Of a stretch of 64,000 nt of DNA, positions 57,792 through 64,000 are shown piece after piece. The number at the start of each line of letters is the position of its first letter. Positions within the stretch are counted from its first letter, which is position 1. The position numbers were made by a program, and so were the translations under genes. The notes under the pieces were generated by a model that saw only the letters and a program-made list of their open reading frames with translations, ran no database searches and was not told the DNA's origin. The stretch is from Zootoca vivipara (Eukaryota): the NCBI RefSeq assembly GCF_963506605.1, contig NC_083292.1:39060001-39124000 (forward strand). Reading direction: 5' to 3'.

Positions 57792-59467
57792 GTATAATAG
57801 CGCTTTATATGTACGGCACAGTTGTGGTCAATTTGGAGGGCCAGCGCCATCTCTGTCATCTCCTCAGCGGCCACAAAATTGTTATAATTGTTACCCGCCC
57901 TTCCCCAGCAAGTCCCAGGGCAGGTTGCAACAATTAAAAATTATGAAATTAAAAACAGTTCAGCCAAATTAAGGTCACAGGAACAGGGTGGGTCCTGAAA
58001 AACATGCCTCTCAAATGTGCCAAAGGCCTTGGTAAAGATGGCTTCCAGCAGCAACCAATAAGACAGTGAAGGAAGGGGTTGTCAATGAGGCCTTTCCTCT
58101 TTTCCCGCCTTTTAAAAAATAAACCTTAGCAGGCTTACCAGTCGTTCCCTCCCCTCACAGTGACAGCCCAGGCAGGCTGAAGGAAGGTGGCCAGTTCCCC
58201 TCTTTCTCTTTTATTGGCCCATAATGTGGCAAGAAGCCTATTTTGGTTTTAAGCGGTATATAAATTAATAAGCCATAAAACTGTAAAAGCTAAAGGGCTG
58301 CGCTGAGGCGCTGGCGTCTGAAGCACAGAAACAAAATGGAGAAGGGACAATGGCTCCCTGTTTCTTGGCCCGAGCAAGCAGCTCCTGAAACTAGGGGCCA
58401 TTCCTTTCAGGAATAGATATCTTCTTCTTCTGTAAAGATTTTTTCATTTCATTTTATAACGTATATAAATTGGAGAGAACATTTATCATAACAGATGTAA
58501 ACCAAACCAAACCCATAGAACAGGCATGTAGAAGAAGTGCAGTCACGTATGGATTAAGTAACAAAGTCCAGGTCGTGAAAGGAAAGGAAAATAATGGTCT
58601 CCGCATAAAGAAAGAAAGAAAGACGGTTTGCACTATTTGGCTGCCAAGTCTAGTTCCAGATTTGCCAGGCTTGTGACAATGGTTGTCTTGAAAATGATGG
58701 TTCTGCAGTATTAAGTGATAAAAGAACATCAAATCGTATTAAAAGTGCCTGGGGATTCTAGTCCTTGTCAAAATCTCAGCCGTTCATGAACTGTTTGAGG
58801 AACAAAGCATAAAGCGGGGGGGGGGGGGATCTCTGGATCATTAGACACCACACAATATCATATTTATTATATTTATATCCTGCCTTTCCTCCAAGGAGCT
58901 CAAAGTGGCATGCATTTTGTCTCTCTCCCCTCTTTATCCTCCACAACAACCCTGTGAGGTAGGACAGGCTGAGATACAGTGACTGGATCCCAAGGTCAGC
59001 CAGCTATCTTCATGGCCAAGGGGGGTTTTGAACCCAGGTCTCCCAGGCCCTAGTCAAAAGAGAAGAAAAGTTGCCCTGTTGGCATATCAAAAAGCAGTTT
59101 CAGAGGGACTGTCATGTCTGCTCCTCCTCAGACACGAAAATATAAATCCACAGTCTCTCAGGCCCAGCAGAAGTTCCTGAGGAGAAAAATTCGGCCACAT
59201 TTCTGTATCCACTTATTGAGTGTTTTCTGTTATGGGTGACCTCAAAGTGACTTAAATTTATAACAAAAAATTTTTATACAGTACTGCGTAGAAATAATAA
59301 AATGGGATTATTCTCTCAAAGAAGCTCATGTCGGTATAAACGAAAGAGCCTCATCAGAAGGCTTTAAAATTCAAAAGGCTCTAATGGAGAGGGAAATGGA
59401 AGAGCAAATTATGGCCTTGTGTGTGTGTGTGTGTACACACACACAGGCCATCTTTTTGCATGTACAG

Positions 59468-59603
59468 TACTGTATAAGACGCCCCCATGTATAACACGCC
59501 TCCTATTTTTGAGGACTCCAAATAAAAAAACCCACCCCTCAGAACTACCCGTGTATAAGATGAGCCCCAATTTTAAACCTAGCCTTATACACGGAAAAAT
59601 ATG
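59468..59603. mobile_element. Tc1/mariner (Tc2/pogo-like) MITE remnant
   Basis: Repeated gtataagacg motif and inverted cttatacacggaaaa terminus. Confidence 0.45.
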
Positions 59604-60897
59604 ACACACACACACCTGTATGTGCAAGAAAAAACCAAGTATGTACAAGGCTTGCTAATTTGTCATTTTAAATGCCACTGTTTCATCCATGCCTTGTTAG
59701 ATGGCTACTGTTTTATGCTTCAACACGTTTTTACACTTTCCTTTCTGAACTACTTTGGGCCTGACAGGCAATATAAAAATACCAAAATCCGTTAGAAAAA
59801 GAAAAGAGACCCGAGTTCAAATCTCCACTGCAGCTAAGAAATCCACTGGTGGAGCTTGACCTCCCATTTTATTACTGGGGAAAGGGGGTTCCCTGAAGCG
59901 GCAGAGAGCCACCGGGTTCTCCAAGACGGGTGAATGGGCATGAGAATAGCAAACGAGGAGGCAAATATATCAGGAAATCTAAATTTAACATATGCCCTGA
60001 TGGGGTCTTGGCTAAAAGTCTCAAATAATTGCGTTTTCCTTGTTTGCAGTCTTTAAAGTGGGCACTGGAGAAGATGTTTTCCTAGGGACACAGCTGTCAG
60101 CCCAGCAGTCTTTCCAGAACAAGCAGATTATCTTGGGGAAATGTATCCCTGCGGCAGAAAGCAGATCAGGATCTACTGCGAGATCTCAGGGCCGCCCGCA
60201 AGTCAATCTGCAAGGGTCGCTGGGTGACCCCCAAGGGGTTCAACAAAAGCTTTTTTAAAACGGGTTTAAAATTGTTCCGCCCCATGTGGCACCGTGAGTG
60301 GCGGCGAGAGGCAGGATATAAATTTTATTATCAATAGAATAAAAAAGAAAATAAGAGACACCCACGTTCGCCCCAGTGAGGTGGCTTTAAATAAAGCAGA
60401 GAAGCGGTTAAACTGGGATTGCGAGATCCATTCTCCCATTTTGCATCCTAGAAGTTGGAAGGGCACCCCAAGGGCCATCCAGTCCAACCCCCTGCAATGC
60501 AGGAATCCCGGCTAAAAGAATCCCTGACGGGTGGCTTTAGCTGCTGGATCTTGAGGTTCAGGTGGAAGCAAAAGGAGATCTGTTGAGTCTGAAAGTCTGC
60601 CCTCTCCCGCCTTAACAGCTTTAGGGGTTTTGTTTTCAATATATGTCAATATAAACAGGGAAGGTTTATAAGGGAAGTATAAGCAGTAGCTGATTCGCTG
60701 GCATCCCCAGGTGAGCTGGGGATGTCCCCACATTTGAAACACCGAAACCAGCCCTTCATCAGAAGTGAAATTTTACTTTATTTTTTTAAGGGAAGGGCCA
60801 AAAGTCAGAAGGTCCTGGGTCCAATCACTTCTCCGTGTAGGGCTAGGAGAAAACCGCTTCCTTAAACCCTGGAAATCCGCTGCCAGTCAGTGTAGAC

Positions 60898-61033
60898 CAG
60901 GCATCCCCAAACTGCGGCCCTCCAGATGTTTTGGCCTACAACTCCCATGATCCCTAGCTAACAGGACCAGTGGTTGGGGAAGATGGGAATTGTAGTCCAA
61001 AACATCTGGAGGGCCGAAGTTTGGGGATGCCTG
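60898..61033. mobile_element. hAT-type MITE, near-perfect palindrome
   Basis: TIR caggcatccccaaact / agtttggggatgcctg; 8-bp TSD gtgtagac; interrupts a tRNA-SINE. Confidence 0.88.
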
Positions 61034-61639
61034 GTGTAGACAATACGGAGCTAGACGGGCCAATGGTCTGACACGATACACAAGGAAAACAGGGACGGGA
61101 TGGGTAGAAGAAAGGTGGACACAACATGCACCGAACGCGGCCTGCAAAACCTTCCATCCCATGCAAACTTGGTGAAGAGGAAAAAAGAGGGAAGGAGGGA
61201 GAAGCCGTCACTCCTTGCATTCGGAGAGGGGGGGGGGATTTACTCCCGAGTAATCTTGCGCAGGACCAAGATGCAAGAACAAAACAAAAACTAGCAATCC
61301 TTAACCCGGCATGCAAACATCTGCGCAAGCGCCTTAACACCTTTGCTTGGGCACACCTCCTTTTTTCCCGTGGTGCACACCAATGTTGTGTATGTGTGTG
61401 CAAAAAGACCATTGGTTCCTTGGCCTTGGAAAAGCCAGCCGCGCTCTCTCCCTCTCCATTGGTTTCCTCTGCTGTCGATCCCGTAAGCACCTCCCATCCT
61501 TTTTTTACTTAATTAATCGTGCCCCCCTCTTTTTTTGCAAGTTTGTCTGTTGAAACAAAGAGAGGCGTAAAACCCGCCTTTCCAAGGAGCCTATTGGTGA
61601 ATTCCTTTGCAGCAGGTCTTTTCATTTGCCCTTTGCATA

Positions 61640-61857
61640 CACACCAGGGTAGGTTTCCCAGGGAAACCAGGAAGCTGATGTGCTGGGGGTGTATTTTTTA
61701 TCCTCCTTTCCCTTTCTCCTCCTCCCCCTTCCTTTTTGCCGATGAACCAGGAAGTAAAGTTTGCTCAGCTTAGGATTCCCCAGTTTTCCCATTAAGAAGC
61801 AAGCGAGCAACTTGAGTAATAGGTGGAGGAGGAGGGGAGAACAGGGCATTATTACAG
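61640..61857 (+). promoter_or_regulatory. GOLPH3L: Putative GOLPH3L promoter / non-coding first exon (donor after 61857)
   Basis: Perfect CAG/gtgagt donor, ETS-type CAGGAAG motifs, CpG-enriched surroundings; ATG exon has an acceptor 16 nt upstream of the start. Confidence 0.45.
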
Positions 61858-63902
61858 GTGAGTCTGGGAAAGGACTTTCTAGGCGCGATCAAAGCCTTGG
61901 CACCCTTGGGTGCATAAAGGAACCCTCCCCCTTCGTTTTAATGTGTACATTTTCAGAGGTGGGGGAAGGCAGTGGGTTTCTGCCCCACATCTAGGAATTA
62001 AGAGGGGGAACCGTAATCCTGATTGTGGTGGTGCACCTGATAAATCTTGATTATGCTGCTTGTTTCCTTCGTTGTTTAGGCTACAAACCGCATTGAGTTT
62101 AACTTAACACCCTGTTTTAAAGGTGGTATAAAATGTAATCTCATAGCTGTTTCTTCTTAGAATGATCTGTTTGCAACGTGTTCAAGAGAGAGGTGTCTGC
62201 TTATGGTTCCAATCCCTTCCTTGCTTCTTCTGCCCCACGCCTCTGTTCCTTTTATATTTTTATTTAGTTAAGTAATTGTATTGGTTCTCATAAATGCATA
62301 CCGAAATATAATCAGACAGCTAAACATAATCTGTACCTGTTTAACTGCAGTTTGAAACAGTAGAGGTTTGAGTCCTAGGCTAGGGCCTAGGGGAGGCCCC
62401 CAGCACTCAGCCATGAAACTTCCTGGGCAATCTTGGACAAAGTCGCCACCTCTCAGCGTGGCCTACTTCGCAGGGTTGTTGCCACAATAATACAAAGACT
62501 GGGGAGAGCTGCATAGGCCAGCTTGAGCATCATGAAGGGAAAGGTGACATCTCAATGCAGTAAAACTGAAGAATTTTTAAAGCATTTTTATTCCAGCTGG
62601 GTTTTTGATTGGATTTTGATTTTGTGATTAAGTGGTATGCAAATTGTTGCACTAAATTACATGTTATAAGTGTGAAGTTACACATGCACCACTCAGTTTA
62701 ATTTGTGGGTCAGGAAAGGCTACATTTCTTTAGCTGTGGGAGGCACAGGATGTGGTGTTACCTACCCACCTCTTTCTAGTTTGTGCCAAGGAGAAGCAGT
62801 GGTTTTATGGTGAAATGGAAAGAAAAAACGGGCATGTGTGCAACCTTATGCTATCTCTGTTTACTCAGCAGTAGACGTCAGTATATACTTATCCCAGAAA
62901 GTTTGCAGCACTAACCCAACTTACCTGAGAGTAAGCCCCCTTCAATTCAATAAATGTTCTGAATAGGCACGGTTGTTCATTTATTTTATTTATTTATTGC
63001 ATTTATATCCCACCATATTCCTCCAAGGAGCTCAAGGCTTCTCCCCCACCCCCACGAATCCCCATAACAACCCTTTGAGGCAGGTTAGGCTGAGAAACAG
63101 TACCTGTCCCCCAAGGTCACACGCAGCTTCATGGCCGAGTGGAGATTTGAACCCTGGTCTCTCCCAGGCCCTAGTCCAAGACTCTAACCACTGCACCACA
63201 CTGGCTGGGTTAGGAGTGCAGCTTCGGTGTTTGTAAAATTGCTGCTTTAGATTATTATTATTTATATTGCCTGTCTCAAAGACTTAATAATTGCATATCC
63301 TTATGTTATCTTTGCTGCAGACAGTTAGGAATGCTGAAAAACGAGGGGTTTGCCTGAGGATGTTTTGCAAGACGGTGGTTTATTCCTGTGTCTGTTATTT
63401 GCTTTCAGTAGCTTTTGATATTGAATTTTAAATTTAGCTCATTTTAGCACAGACTGGCCACAACTCTCCAAGGTTTTGGACACTGTCAGCTGTACTTTTC
63501 CACTGGTTGAGCCTGGGACCTTCCACACACAAGTCAAATCTTCTGGCTTTGAGCTGCAGCCATTCCCCTAACCATGCAGTGAGATCCCAGCCCTCCTTGT
63601 TCTGAATACCTAAATACATAAGAATCTTTCTTATACCGAGTCAGACAATCAGTCCATCCAGCTCATTATTGTCTGCACTGACTGGCAGCGTGGGGTTTCA
63701 GAGAGAGAGTGTTTTCCAGCCCTACCTGGAGATGTTGGAGACTGAACCTGGGGTTTTCTGTTTGCAGAGCAGTTCCTCTGACCCTGAACTGTGGCCCTTC
63801 CCCTAGAAACCAGGAGCATCACAAAGAACTATTTGCAGGAGATACATATATTATATCTTTCCCCACTCTTCTCTCTCTGTTCCTAGGCACGACAGAGAGA
63901 CC

Positions 63903-64000
63903 ATGACGACGTTAATTCACCGGGGGCGGCGGGCAGATGTCGGGCGAAACGTTGACAAGCGGCTGGAGGGTGAGGAGGACTCCATACCAGACAAGACTTT
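63903..64000 (+). CDS. GOLPH3L: Golgi phosphoprotein 3-like, first coding exon (partial; exon starts 63887, continues beyond window)
   Basis: MTTLIHRGRRADVGRNVDKRLEGEEDS resembles the GOLPH3L N-terminus (MTTLTHRARR..MESEEDS); ACCATGA context; polypyrimidine + tag acceptor; expected synteny after HORMAD1. Confidence 0.88.
   Translation, partial: MTTLIHRGRRADVGRNVDKRLEGEEDSIPDKT

Noticed and set aside
60954-61512. Overlapping 178-aa and 128-aa ORFs
   Set aside because: Partly MITE/SINE-derived, GC-rich promoter-proximal DNA, no recognisable protein

Overview
Vertebrate (squamate reptile, probably a lizard, judged from Sauria SINEs, BovB/RTE, young CR1 and Penelope remnants) genomic DNA. It carries the conserved syntenic block ARNT - CTSK - CTSS - HORMAD1 - GOLPH3L, all on the + strand. 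The window holds the last five ARNT coding exons and 3'UTR, complete intact CTSK (333 aa), CTSS (332 aa) and HORMAD1 (391 aa) genes with all GT-AG junctions read by eye and in phase, and the start of the first GOLPH3L coding exon. Introns and intergenic DNA are dense in TEs, and there is one 157-N assembly gap. No wholly new gene system is evident. The most notable signals are: a minimal hammerhead-ribozyme motif in a Penelope remnant upstream of CTSS; two interlocked inverted TE pairs, one bracketing the HORMAD1 micro-exons; a young BovB with an uninterrupted RT ORF that has captured a flanking ATG; a duplication plus templated inversion upstream of CTSK; recognisable lineage-specific promoter modules; and residue changes in CTSS (S2 pocket) and HORMAD1 (C-terminal SQ site). 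Family names and mammalian comparisons are from recalled knowledge, not database searches.
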